This document shows, one piece after another, positions 38,548 to 48,768 of a DNA stretch of 64,000 nucleotides. The position numbers were made by a program, and so were the translations under genes. The stretch is from Candidatus Omnitrophota bacterium. GTDB lineage: Bacteria > Omnitrophota > Gorgyraeia > B26-G9. How positions within the stretch are numbered: the stretch's first letter is position 1; each line of letters starts with the position of its first letter. The notes under the pieces are model-generated. The model worked only from the letters and a program-made list of their open reading frames with translations. It did no database searches and was not told where the DNA came from. The DNA lies in contig JAHITE010000081.1 in NCBI GenBank assembly GCA_018817585.1, positions 4,549 through 68,548 on the forward strand, in the 5' to 3' direction.

Positions 38548-38642
38548 TTGCTAATCCGCAGATTTTCAAGTATACTATGCCTTTGTTTAATAAATATTTA
38601 ATTATCCAGCTATTATTATTTGATTTATAAAAATAGAGTATT

Positions 38643-41363
38643 ATGAAAAATCAATTATGGCAATTTACAAATCGTAACGGAGATTTTACTTTTCCGGATG
38701 CGCATAAGATCAGCCGCCTATACTTCCCGCTGGCTAATGAAGCGGAATTTATGTCTTCAATCACTCCTCTGCTGAGAGGCGATATTAAAATCGGGCAAAA
38801 CAACTTTTTAATGCAGCCGATCACCAGCGAGGATCTGAGCAGCTCTTTTTCCGGAAGAAATTTCTGGGTTTATCTTAATCCCCATACTTACTGGTCAATA
38901 AGCGGCGCCCCTTACTCCTGTAGTCCTGAAGAAAGCGTAAATTTAAAAGCCGGGATTCTCTGGCATGGAATAAAACGTTCGAATGAAAAGATCGGGCTCA
39001 GCGCTGAAGTAACTAATTTTATTCCCGCAAAAGGTGAGCATGTAGAATTAATGACCATAAAAATCACTAATATTTCGGCGCGGGCAATTACTTTTACTCC
39101 GACAAGCGCGATTCCGATATTCGGCCGTTCTGCTGACAATTTACGCGATCACCGGCATGTTACCAGTTTGCTGCACCGCACCGCTTTGACCAAAAACGGA
39201 ATTATCATTAAGCCGGAAATGTCTTTTGATGAACGCGGACATGAAATAAATTATTTTTCCTATTTTGTTATTGGCTGCGATGAAAACAGTAATTTACCTG
39301 TGGGGCAATTCCCGTCTATTGAATCTTTTATTGGTGAAGGCGGCAATCTAATCGCTCCCAGAGCAATCATGGAAAACCTAACTCCGTTTAAAAAAATCGA
39401 AAACCGTCATCATGGAAAAGAATCAATCGGAGCTTTACGCTTTCAAACTAAAACCTTGATTCCTGATGAATCAATTACGTATATTCTTATGCTCGGAATC
39501 GCCCAGAATAAAAATGAGTTCAATAAGATATTTAAACGCTTTAACGGAAAAGAAAAAGTTAAAAACGCTTTAACGGAAAATATAGATTATTGGAAAAAAA
39601 GGATTGACGCGATTAGTTTTTGCACTGGAGAAATCACTAATGATAATTGGCTGCGCTGGGTCACCCTGCAGCCTATTTTAAGAAAGATCTTCGGCTGTTC
39701 ATTTTTGCCTGATTTTGATTATGGCCGCGGCGGAAAAGGCTGGCGGGATTTATGGCAGGACTGCTTAACCCTTATTCTCGCCCATCCGCAGCAGACCCGG
39801 GATATTCTGGCAGCAAACTTTTCAGGCATTAGGATTGATGGAACCAATGCCACGATCATTACCAAAAAGCTAGGTGTATTTATATCAGACCGCAATAAGA
39901 TCAGCCGAGTATGGATGGATCATGGTGTTTGGCCTTTATTTACTTTAGAGTTATATATTCACCAAACCGGTGATTTTGATATACTGTTTGAACATTGCTC
40001 TTATTTTTATGATTCTCAGCTTTCCCGGGCTAAGGACATTGATTTAAACTGGAATCCGAAACTTAAACACAGCAAACAACTGCATACCAAAGACGGACAT
40101 GTTTATAGCGGCACTATTCTTGAACATACTTTAGTCCAGCATTTGGTGCAATTTTTTAATGTAGGCAAACACAATAATATCCGATTAGAAGACGCTGATT
40201 GGAATGACGGTTTGGACATGGCTAGTGAAAAAGGTGAAAGCGTTGCCTTTACCTGTTTTTATGCTCGAAATATCTATGAGATTTCCATGCTTTTGATTGA
40301 ACTGAAAAAAAAGAGAAAAAAGAAAAACATCGTGATTTCCAAAGAGCTGTATCTCCTGCTGGATACTTTGCATAAGAATCCTGTGAATTACAATAGCGTT
40401 GAGAAAAAAACCGCTTTATTACATCAATATTTCAAGGCAGTTAAATACCGGGTCTCCGGGAAAAAAGTTTCAGTTAAAATTGATGATCTTATTTCCGACT
40501 TATCACAAAAATGGCAATGGTTATTTGCCCATGTCCGCAAAAAAGAATGGATTAACATCAACAACCAAATCGGCTTTTTTAATGGATATTACAATAATAA
40601 GAGCAAACGGGTCGAAGGCAAAATAAACGGTCAAATGCGCATGACTCTCACCGGACAGGTATTCCCAATTATGAGCGGCGCGGCTTCAAAAAAACAAATA
40701 AAACATATTTATTCCGCGGCCAACAAATACCTTAAAGATAAAAAACTAAATGCTTTTCGCCTGAACACAAACTTTAAGAACCCGCAGTTTGATTTAGGAC
40801 GCGCTTTTGCTTTTTCCTATGGGGATAAGGAAAATGGGGCGATATTCAGCCATATGTGCGTTATGTTTGCTTATGCGCTTTATCAACGCAACTTTGTAAA
40901 AGAAGGTTATACTGTTTTAAACAGTTTATTCGAGCTAGCGACTAACACCAATGTCAGCAAAATTTATCCTTGTCTGCCGGAATATTTTAATCTTGAAGGA
41001 AAAGGTCTTTACTCTTATTTAACTGGATCAGCCAGCTGGTATATTTTAACCATGCTCACTGAAGTTTTTGGAATTAAAGGACATTTTGGGGATCTGGTAA
41101 TTGAACCAAAGCTTACCCGCGAACAATTCAGCAATACTGATACAGTATCTACTTCCTGCTATTTTGCCGATAGACGGATAAGCATTATTATTCAAAACCC
41201 CACTAAATTAGAATACGCTGATTACAAAATAATCAGTTTAAAGATAAAACCAACGCAGGTTGATTATAAAAAAGTTTCTGCGAATAAAATAAAAATTCTT
41301 CGCAAGAATATTACTGAATTCCCCAAGAATACGCATATTACCATTGAAGTACTCCTGGGATAA
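38643..41363 (+). CDS. Large (alpha/alpha)6 six-hairpin glycoside hydrolase/phosphorylase-like protein (GH94-like?)
   Basis: 906 aa. The motif EDADWNDGLDM resembles the catalytic-acid region of GH94-type phosphorylases. Family assignment is tentative. Confidence 0.4.
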   Translation: MKNQLWQFTNRNGDFTFPDAHKISRLYFPLANEAEFMSSITPLLRGDIKIGQNNFLMQPITSEDLSSSFSGRNFWVYLNPHTYWSISGAPYSCSPEESVNLKAGILWHGIKRSNEKIGLSAEVTNFIPAKGEHVELMTIKITNISARAITFTPTSAIPIFGRSADNLRDHRHVTSLLHRTALTKNGIIIKPEMSFDERGHEINYFSYFVIGCDENSNLPVGQFPSIESFIGEGGNLIAPRAIMENLTPFKKIENRHHGKESIGALRFQTKTLIPDESITYILMLGIAQNKNEFNKIFKRFNGKEKVKNALTENIDYWKKRIDAISFCTGEITNDNWLRWVTLQPILRKIFGCSFLPDFDYGRGGKGWRDLWQDCLTLILAHPQQTRDILAANFSGIRIDGTNATIITKKLGVFISDRNKISRVWMDHGVWPLFTLELYIHQTGDFDILFEHCSYFYDSQLSRAKDIDLNWNPKLKHSKQLHTKDGHVYSGTILEHTLVQHLVQFFNVGKHNNIRLEDADWNDGLDMASEKGESVAFTCFYARNIYEISMLLIELKKKRKKKNIVISKELYLLLDTLHKNPVNYNSVEKKTALLHQYFKAVKYRVSGKKVSVKIDDLISDLSQKWQWLFAHVRKKEWININNQIGFFNGYYNNKSKRVEGKINGQMRMTLTGQVFPIMSGAASKKQIKHIYSAANKYLKDKKLNAFRLNTNFKNPQFDLGRAFAFSYGDKENGAIFSHMCVMFAYALYQRNFVKEGYTVLNSLFELATNTNVSKIYPCLPEYFNLEGKGLYSYLTGSASWYILTMLTEVFGIKGHFGDLVIEPKLTREQFSNTDTVSTSCYFADRRISIIIQNPTKLEYADYKIISLKIKPTQVDYKKVSANKIKILRKNITEFPKNTHITIEVLLG

Positions 41364-41369
41364 ACTTCA

Positions 41370-41490
41370 CCCAGGTCACCTGGGTCACAAGTTAAAAGCA
41401 TTAAGTAAACAATTACGAGTTATGAGTGACGAATTAAAAAGCCTAAAACTTAAAACTCATAATTCATCACTCGTAATTCATAACTATTTT
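41370..41490. terminator. Palindrome-rich convergent-gene junction (putative bidirectional terminator).
   Basis: acccaggtCacctgggt palindrome (41372-41388). Imperfect inverted repeat aattacgagttatgagtgacgaatt / aattcatcactcgtaattcataac (41411-41488). Confidence 0.45.
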
Positions 41491-41494
41491 TAAG

Positions 41495-42460
41495 TTAGAG
41501 CGGAATAAAAAAAGACATGATTGTCACAAAAAGCGGTACAGTAATAATCCCGCAAACATGGGTTAAAAACACGGCCTGAGTTATATAACCGCATGATTCA
41601 CTTTGCTTAAACGAAACAACGCTAAGATTAATTGCTGCCGGCATAGCAGCTTCAATCAGGAGTAATATAGACATATATTTCGGCAGTTTCAAAAAAACAA
41701 CTATAAACAAAACAATCGCCGGAACAACTACTAATTTCAGGATAACTGTTTTTAGCAATAAACCGGAATTTAATTTATAAACCTTACCACCGTCACAAGC
41801 CGCTAAAATAGCTCCCAAAACAATCAAAGCAACCGGCAAAGTACATCCCCCGACCAAATCAGTGGCTTGTAAAAATAGTTTAGGGATATAGATTTTAAGA
41901 TTTAAGCAAAGAATCAGCCCTGCAAAAATTAATGCTAAAAAAGGCGGATTTAATATTTTCTTAAATTCGAATTTTATTTTTTTCTCACTGTTTAAAAACT
42001 GAATGCCCAAGCTCCAGAATATAAGATTATACCCCTGGATAAAAAGAAATATATAGGTAAACAAGACACTGGTTTGTTTTTCCGAAAATATAGACATCAC
42101 AAGGATTAAGGGCAAATAACCGCAGTTCTGAAATGAAACAATACTCGCTAATTCATTTTTCTGAACAATGCTTTTATCAAATTGGAGAAAAACCTTAGCT
42201 GCAATAAAGCCAATCAGACAAATAATCATTCCTAAAAACGGATAAAGCCACCAGTCCTTAGGATCAGTAAAACTAAACTTTTTAATTAAATGACTGAAAA
42301 TCATTGCCGGTAAAAAAAGATTTATGATTAGATTGGATAAGCCGCTGATCGCCGTTTTATCCAGTAATTTCCATCTAAAAAATAAAAAACCGCAAAGCGC
42401 GATTGTGAAAATCTGGAGCATTGCCGTAAAAACAGTGTAAAATGTAAGTAAAAATTCCAT
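41495..42460 (-). CDS. Auxin-efflux-carrier (AEC) family membrane transporter
   Basis: 321 aa with about 10 TM helices, split 5+5 by a central loop, typical of AEC/malate permease family. Confidence 0.65.
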   Translation of the reverse strand: MEFLLTFYTVFTAMLQIFTIALCGFLFFRWKLLDKTAISGLSNLIINLFLPAMIFSHLIKKFSFTDPKDWWLYPFLGMIICLIGFIAAKVFLQFDKSIVQKNELASIVSFQNCGYLPLILVMSIFSEKQTSVLFTYIFLFIQGYNLIFWSLGIQFLNSEKKIKFEFKKILNPPFLALIFAGLILCLNLKIYIPKLFLQATDLVGGCTLPVALIVLGAILAACDGGKVYKLNSGLLLKTVILKLVVVPAIVLFIVVFLKLPKYMSILLLIEAAMPAAINLSVVSFKQSESCGYITQAVFLTHVCGIITVPLFVTIMSFFIPL

Positions 42461-42567
42461 GAGATTAGTTTTGGTTAAATTTATTTTTTGATTTTTCTTA
42501 AAAGAGAATCACTATAAAGGATTCCGCGTAAAGTCAACAAGAATATCAGCAGATGGCTTATTCAGAA

Positions 42568-42747
42568 TTAAATAGTAATTACCTTACCAAGCAGATACAC
42601 ATCTATAGCTCCTCCAAGCAGTTGCGAAGGAATACTCGTTGAATTACCAACGCAGATATTCACCATTTCTTTAATGATGTCTGCTTCTTCAGCTGTGAGT
42701 GTAGAGTTTTTTCTTTTATAACTTTCTAAATCATAACATGTTAGCAT
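42568..42747 (-). CDS. Unannotated small ORF (59 aa, just under the ORF-track cutoff).
   Basis: My translation: MLTCYDLESYKRKNSTLTAEEADIIKEMVNICVGNSTSIPSQLLGGAIDVYLLGKVITI. AT-rich third codon positions consistent with neighbouring genes. Lies in the 370-bp gap upstream of the AEC transporter on the same strand. Confidence 0.3.
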   Translation of the reverse strand: MLTCYDLESYKRKNSTLTAEEADIIKEMVNICVGNSTSIPSQLLGGAIDVYLLGKVITI

Positions 42748-42830
42748 ATATTTGTAAAGAATTTATTCGATAAAAAGAAATAAAAAGAAATAATTACATT
42801 GTTTTATCTCTTGATTTAGCCTATAATTAA

Positions 42831-44792
42831 GTGATTATGATATACGACGCGTTTCAAAAACGAGCAATTAATAGTACTGACAGCGGCAATTCAGTAATTG
42901 TCTGTGCCCCAACAGGCGCGGGAAAAACAGCTATTGCCGAATATGTTATTGAAAAATGCATAGCTGAAAACAAGGGGATTGTTTATACTGCTCCGATCAA
43001 AGCACTCTCCAATCAGAAATTTCGCGATTTTTCCCGAAAATACGGTAATCATATTGGAATACTCACTGGTGATGTCAGCTTAAACGCTAATGCCCCGATA
43101 TTGATCATGACTACTGAGATCTTCCGCAATACCTTACTGGAAGACCCCTTGCGCTTAAAAAACATATCCTGGGTTATTTTTGATGAAATCCATTATCTTG
43201 ACGATCCGGAACGAGGCACGGTTTGGGAAGAATCAATTATTTTTTGTCCGGAACACATAAAAATCCTAGCCTTGAGCGCAACGATTCCCAATGCGATCCA
43301 ATTATCTTCCTGGATTAGAAATATCCATAAACATCCGGTTGAAACCATTATCGAAAAAAAACGGCCAGTTCCCTTGCATCATTGTTTTCAGGCGCATAAC
43401 CGGGTTCTTGATAATTTTGAACAGCTTAAAAAAAATATTTACGAACAGGTAAAAAGAACTCATCCCCGTTCCAAAAAACACCATTCTTTTCAAAATTTTC
43501 GCCATGAAGAAAAAACTGCTTCGGCAAATAAGATATCCTCGCTTCTTCATCATTTACAGGAAAATGACAAGATGCCGGCAATCTACTTTGCTTTTAGCCG
43601 CAAACGCTGCGAAAAACTGGCTTTTGAAAGCAGAAATTTTAATTTTCTTGAAGATCAGGAACAAGCGGAATTAAAAGATATATTTGCTAATTTACTTAAA
43701 AAATACGGGTTAACGCAGGAGCCATCGGCAATTAGAATGCGCGGTTTAATTGAAAACGGAGTTGCTTATCATCATGCCGGATTATTGCCAAGTTTAAAAG
43801 AAGTTGTTGAACAATTATTTACCAGCCGGCTGATTAAACTTATCTTCACTACCGAGACTTTTGCTTTGGGAATTAACATGCCGGCAAGAACAGTAATTTT
43901 TGATGAACTCCGCAAGTTTTACGGTCAGTTCTTCGCTAATCTGCGTACCCGGGATTATTATCAAATGGCTGGCCGTGCCGGACGCCGCGGCATTGACACT
44001 GAAGGTTTTGTATACTCAAGGATAAATCCTCTGCGCATTGAACTAGACCAAATAAATAAAATGATCTTTGCTCAGCCGGAACCAGTACTCAGTCAATTCA
44101 ATTTATCTTATGCCAGTTTACTGCATCTTTATGGAACGTGGCAGGACCGCTTATATGAGGTCTATCCGCAAACTCTGCATTTTTATCAAGCGAATAAGCG
44201 CTCGCGGAAAAAAGCTTTGGAAATTTTACATACAAAGATAAGACTGCTTAAAGAAATGGACTATATCCGGGATCACAAGCTGACTGATAAAGGAAAGTTC
44301 GCCTCTTCTATTTATGGATATGAACTGCTTTTAACTGAGCTTTTCTTTTGCAGGGTGCTGGAAGAGTTGTCGAGCATTGATCTTAATATTGTGCTTACAT
44401 CTTTAGTTTTTGAACCAAGAAAAAATCAATTAAACATTAAACTCCCTCACCAGATTATTAAAATTAATAAAAAATTATCTCCGGTTGTTGAAGATATTTT
44501 AAAAATTGAAAAAAAACACAAGATCCGGCCGCTGACTAAAAAACCGTTCTTTAATCTTTCGGAAGCAGTAGAAAAATGGTCAACTAATGAATCGCTGGCT
44601 GTAATCACCGACGGAACGAATGCTGATCCCGGTGAAATAGTCAGATATTTTAGAATGGTAATCCAAATCCTCCGCCAATTGCGCGCTATCCCCTTTATCA
44701 GCAGTAATTTTAAGCAGAATATTTCCCGATCATTAGAAATGATCAATCGGGATGAAGTTGATGCTGAAAAACAATTAAGAGAAGGCCTCTAG
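42831..44792 (+). CDS. Superfamily-2 DEAD/DEAH-box helicase (DEIH, Ski2/HelY-like)
   Basis: Walker A APTGAGKT; DEIH box; SAT; helicase motif VI QMAGRAGRRG; 653 aa. Confidence 0.8.
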   Translation: MIMIYDAFQKRAINSTDSGNSVIVCAPTGAGKTAIAEYVIEKCIAENKGIVYTAPIKALSNQKFRDFSRKYGNHIGILTGDVSLNANAPILIMTTEIFRNTLLEDPLRLKNISWVIFDEIHYLDDPERGTVWEESIIFCPEHIKILALSATIPNAIQLSSWIRNIHKHPVETIIEKKRPVPLHHCFQAHNRVLDNFEQLKKNIYEQVKRTHPRSKKHHSFQNFRHEEKTASANKISSLLHHLQENDKMPAIYFAFSRKRCEKLAFESRNFNFLEDQEQAELKDIFANLLKKYGLTQEPSAIRMRGLIENGVAYHHAGLLPSLKEVVEQLFTSRLIKLIFTTETFALGINMPARTVIFDELRKFYGQFFANLRTRDYYQMAGRAGRRGIDTEGFVYSRINPLRIELDQINKMIFAQPEPVLSQFNLSYASLLHLYGTWQDRLYEVYPQTLHFYQANKRSRKKALEILHTKIRLLKEMDYIRDHKLTDKGKFASSIYGYELLLTELFFCRVLEELSSIDLNIVLTSLVFEPRKNQLNIKLPHQIIKINKKLSPVVEDILKIEKKHKIRPLTKKPFFNLSEAVEKWSTNESLAVITDGTNADPGEIVRYFRMVIQILRQLRAIPFISSNFKQNISRSLEMINRDEVDAEKQLREGL

Positions 44793-44796
44793 ATAT

Positions 44797-45300
44797 TTAC
44801 TCTTGATTCAGAGTAATGTCCTGTTGCGGTAAATTCCCAACCACAAATATTCTCATCGCCGGCAAACTAAGCGGATTCTTATATCCGTTATATTTTATAT
44901 TAATATCGTAATTACCCGGAGTTTCTGGTAAAAATTTGGCTGTAAATTTAATTCTTTTCTTGGGATAAAGCCGGATGTTTTCTAATTTTAAGCCGTAAAT
45001 ACTCAGCATCTTATCTTTTTTACCATCAGGAGCAACGATTTCAAACATAAATGATGATTTATCAATAGCCGGTTCAACAATATCAATCGGTTCTGCTGTC
45101 TTATTTTTAAGATAAACCGTAATCATTACTTCCTGGTCTAGTTTATAAATCATCTTGTCGATTTTTGCCTGCATAGACAGACCACTATTATTACCAAATA
45201 GCTCCTGATCATTTAAAGAAAAACACTGATTTGTTAATCCCGCAAAAATTAAGAAACTTAAAACAATCAACAATCCTCTTCTTAACACTATCTGGCTCAT
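44797..45300 (-). CDS. Secreted hypothetical protein
   Basis: Signal peptide LSFLIFAGLTNQCFS; 167 aa. Confidence 0.4.
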   Translation of the reverse strand: MSQIVLRRGLLIVLSFLIFAGLTNQCFSLNDQELFGNNSGLSMQAKIDKMIYKLDQEVMITVYLKNKTAEPIDIVEPAIDKSSFMFEIVAPDGKKDKMLSIYGLKLENIRLYPKKRIKFTAKFLPETPGNYDINIKYNGYKNPLSLPAMRIFVVGNLPQQDITLNQE

Positions 45301-45311
45301 TCATCCCCCTG

Positions 45312-46484
45312 CTATTTTTTTATGCAACTATCAACAAAGATTTTTATACATTTAATTGCTTCCTGCAGTTTTGAATAATTTGTCGCGTATGATATCCGGA
45401 TATGCTGATCATAATCTTTACCAAAAGCAACTCCCGGGACAACTGCGACTTTTTGCTGTTTTAAAAGCTTATTGGCAAAATCAAGAGAACTAAGTCCGGT
45501 TTTTTTAATTGAAGGAAAAATATAAAAAGCGCCCTGCGGCATATCGCAGGAAAGGCCGATTTCATTTAATCCCTGATGCATGAGATCTCTTCGGCGATTG
45601 TACTCCTTTTTCATATCTTCTAAACTTTTTTTACCAGTTTGTAAAGCTTCGCAGGCAGCCATTTGGCTGAGGATCGGAGCGCAAAGAATCGTATATTGGT
45701 GGATTTTAGTCATTGCCGCGATTATTGATTTTGGACCACAGGCATACCCCACTCTCCATCCGGTCATAGCATAAGCTTTAGAAAAACCATTAAGATATAA
45801 TGTATTTGCTTGAGCGCCGCTTAAACAGGGAAAAGGAATATGCTTTCCCGTATAAGTCAAATCACCATAAACCTCGTCGCTAATAACTACTAAATTATGT
45901 TTCAGGCAAACCCGGCTGATCGATTCCAGCTCTTTTTTATTATAAGTAACCCCGGTAGGATTAGAAGGATAATTTAAGATTATTCCTTTTGTTTTATTAT
46001 TACAAGCTTTTTCCAGCTTGGCCGCGGTTATTTTAAAACCTTCTTTTGCCGTAGTTGGTAAATACACCGGAACGCCGCCGGCCAACTCAACTACCGGCCC
46101 ATAAGAAACATAACATGGCTCAGGAATAATAACCTGATCCCCTGGGTTTAAAATCGCCCGCACAGCCAAATCCAGCGCTTCGCTTACCCCGACAGTAATC
46201 AGAATATCATCATCCGGAGAATAATTTAAACCATAAAGCTGTTTTAGCGATCTTTGAATCAATAATCTGAGTTTATATAAACCTTTATTTGAAGTATATG
46301 AGGTATAGCCCTGCTCCAGAGAAAAAATTCCAGTTTCTCGGATATTCCAGGGAGTTACAAAATCCGGTTCCCCCACACCCAGACTAATAACATCCTTCAT
46401 TCCCAGCACAAGATCAAAAAAAGCTCTGATTCCCGAAGGAGCTAATTTTTCAACTTTATCTGCTACAAAATTTTTATTCTTCAC
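45312..46484 (-). CDS. Class I/II pyridoxal-phosphate-dependent aminotransferase (aspartate aminotransferase family)
   Basis: PLP-lysine region NGFSKAYAMTGWRVGY; 390 aa. Confidence 0.85.
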   Translation of the reverse strand: MKNKNFVADKVEKLAPSGIRAFFDLVLGMKDVISLGVGEPDFVTPWNIRETGIFSLEQGYTSYTSNKGLYKLRLLIQRSLKQLYGLNYSPDDDILITVGVSEALDLAVRAILNPGDQVIIPEPCYVSYGPVVELAGGVPVYLPTTAKEGFKITAAKLEKACNNKTKGIILNYPSNPTGVTYNKKELESISRVCLKHNLVVISDEVYGDLTYTGKHIPFPCLSGAQANTLYLNGFSKAYAMTGWRVGYACGPKSIIAAMTKIHQYTILCAPILSQMAACEALQTGKKSLEDMKKEYNRRRDLMHQGLNEIGLSCDMPQGAFYIFPSIKKTGLSSLDFANKLLKQQKVAVVPGVAFGKDYDQHIRISYATNYSKLQEAIKCIKIFVDSCIKK

Positions 46485-46510
46485 GAAATTCTCCGCTTGC
46501 TGCTGTTAAT

Positions 46511-46996
46511 TTAATATGAAATCGCGATACGTTTATTTTCTTCTTTGCGTTTTAAAATCACTCCGTCTTCTTTATATTTTTTCAGCAGAAAATGAGTAAC
46601 TGTTCCGCGAACATTTTCCATCGGAGAAAGTTTTTCCGCCACAAAATTTGATATTGTCTGCATGTCTTTGCCTTCTACGATTAAAAGTAAATCATATGTT
46701 CCTGAAAGCAGAGAACAACTAGCAACTTCCGGAAACTGGTAAATCCGTTCGGCAATATGATCAAAACCCAGATTTTTTTGCGGCAGGATATTTACTTCGA
46801 TCAAAGCTCTTAATTCATTATTTTTTTTCACAACTAGTTCTTTATTTACAATTGTTTTATATTTAAGAATAACCCCGTCTTTTTCAAATTTATTAATTTG
46901 TTTTTTTACGGTTTTCACATCCTGCTTAATTAACCGGGCAATTTCCTCAGGAGTGGTTCTCGCGTCTTTTTCTAGAATTTCTAGGATTCTATCCAT
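46511..46996 (-). CDS. Lrp/AsnC family transcriptional regulator
   Basis: N-terminal HTH DARTTPEEIARLI; C-terminal RAM domain; 161 aa. Confidence 0.85.
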   Translation of the reverse strand: MDRILEILEKDARTTPEEIARLIKQDVKTVKKQINKFEKDGVILKYKTIVNKELVVKKNNELRALIEVNILPQKNLGFDHIAERIYQFPEVASCSLLSGTYDLLLIVEGKDMQTISNFVAEKLSPMENVRGTVTHFLLKKYKEDGVILKRKEENKRIAISY

Positions 46997-46997
46997 T

Positions 46998-47237
46998 TCA
47001 ATTCTCCTCTTCCATCCGGGCTAAAACTTCGCCAACCGCGACTGATTCTCCTTCTAAAGAAATAATCTCTGTTATAACCCCGGCACATGGCGCTGCCACA
47101 TTAAAAGTGCTTTTTTCAGTAGTAACTTCTACAATATCAGCACCTTTCTCCACATGTTCCCCTGCTTCCACATGCCAAAATGATATAGTCGCCTCTTCAA
47201 TATCCTCTCCCAAACTCGGCATTACTACTTCCTGCAT
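46998..47237 (-). CDS. Biotin/lipoyl attachment domain protein (79 aa)
   Basis: VTTEKSTFNVAAPCAGVI hammerhead with the attachment lysine. Immediately upstream of lpdA. Confidence 0.65.
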   Translation of the reverse strand: MQEVVMPSLGEDIEEATISFWHVEAGEHVEKGADIVEVTTEKSTFNVAAPCAGVITEIISLEGESVAVGEVLARMEEEN

Positions 47238-47361
47238 TTTAATTCCTCCTGTTTATCTTAAATTTTTTTATCAAAATTAATAGGCTTAACATTATTAATC
47301 CTAACATGATAACGTTTTTTTTTCAAGCTGCATTTTTATTAGATCAAACTTTTTATTGTTC

Positions 47362-48750
47362 TTATCTTATCAAGTGAATCGCCTGACCATCTGAATCCAA
47401 AGCAGCTTCCATGATTGATTCCGAAACCGTAGGATGCGCGTAGATAATCCCAGCCAACTGTTTTACAGTTAAATCCGCGTTCATCGCCACCGCGATTTCA
47501 TGCACAATTTCAGTCGCCATCGGTCCAGATAAACAAGCCCCGATTATTCGATCATCACTAGCTTGAACAATAATTTTTATCATCCCTTTTGAATCATCTT
47601 CAATTAAAGCCCGACCTGAGGCAAGTAAAGGAAATTTGCCTATTTTAATTTTTAAGCCTTGTTTTTCCGCCTGTTCCTGAGATATACCAATACTGGCAAT
47701 CTCCGGATGAGAATAAACACAGCGCGGAATATTAGCGTAATTCATCCGCGACGCGTTTCCCGCAATATTTTCCGCGACAATAATCCCCTGATGACTGGCA
47801 ACATGCGCTAAAAAGTTTTTGCCCACAGCATCCCCAATCGCATATATCGTACTGATACTTGTCTGCATCTGCTCGTTTACCTTAATTCTTCCGTCAAGCA
47901 TATCTAATCCCAGATTTTCCAAACCGCAGTTATCAATATTCGGAATCCTGCCCACGCTTAAAAGAACTTTTTCCGCGCTTAGTTCCTGTCCCTGCGAAAG
48001 TTTTATTAAAAGCTCCTGGCTATTTGATGATTTGCTGACTGATTCAACTTTGCCTTGGGTAAATATTTTGATTTTTCGTTTTTTAAAATCATTGGTCAAA
48101 ACCCGGACAATATCTTTATCTTCATTAGGTAAAAGCCGCTCAGCGACTTCGATAATCGTTACTTCACTACCCAAAGCCGCGTAAATATCCGCAAATTCAC
48201 AACCAATAACCCCGCCGCCGATAATCAGCAGACTTTTCGGAACATGGGTAAAGCTCAGTCCCCCGCGATTAGAAACAATGCCCAGAGCATCATCAAATTT
48301 AATATTTTTTAATTCCGCGGGATAAGAACCTGTAGCAATAACGCATTTATCAAAATTAATCACTTCACCCTGAACATCAATCCGGTTTTTGTCCAAAAAC
48401 CTGCCTTGGCCCTTAACTATCCGCACCTTACGTTTTTGCAGTAGAAACTCAATCCCTTTTGTCAGCTTATCCACTATTTCTTTTTTTCTTTGCTGCACAG
48501 CCGAAAAATCAAGTTCAATACTGCCGGGTTTTATTTTAACACCAAATATCTCGGATTTTTTAAGAGAATCAAAAAAATGCGCGCTTTTTAATAAACTTTT
48601 GGTAGGAATACAGCCCCAATTAAGACATACTCCGCCAATTTTTTCTTTTTCAATCAAACAAACTGATTGACCCAAAGCCGCGGCGCGCAAAGCCGCGGTA
48701 TATCCTCCGGGACCAGAACCTAAGACTACTAAACCATATTTATTTTCCAT
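47362..48750 (-). CDS. lpdA: Dihydrolipoyl dehydrogenase
   Basis: Redox-active disulfide GGVCLNWGCIPTK; FAD and NAD motifs; C-terminal HAHPT; 462 aa. Confidence 0.9.
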   Translation of the reverse strand: MENKYGLVVLGSGPGGYTAALRAAALGQSVCLIEKEKIGGVCLNWGCIPTKSLLKSAHFFDSLKKSEIFGVKIKPGSIELDFSAVQQRKKEIVDKLTKGIEFLLQKRKVRIVKGQGRFLDKNRIDVQGEVINFDKCVIATGSYPAELKNIKFDDALGIVSNRGGLSFTHVPKSLLIIGGGVIGCEFADIYAALGSEVTIIEVAERLLPNEDKDIVRVLTNDFKKRKIKIFTQGKVESVSKSSNSQELLIKLSQGQELSAEKVLLSVGRIPNIDNCGLENLGLDMLDGRIKVNEQMQTSISTIYAIGDAVGKNFLAHVASHQGIIVAENIAGNASRMNYANIPRCVYSHPEIASIGISQEQAEKQGLKIKIGKFPLLASGRALIEDDSKGMIKIIVQASDDRIIGACLSGPMATEIVHEIAVAMNADLTVKQLAGIIYAHPTVSESIMEAALDSDGQAIHLIR

Positions 48751-48768
48751 ACAATCACCGCCAGTAGA

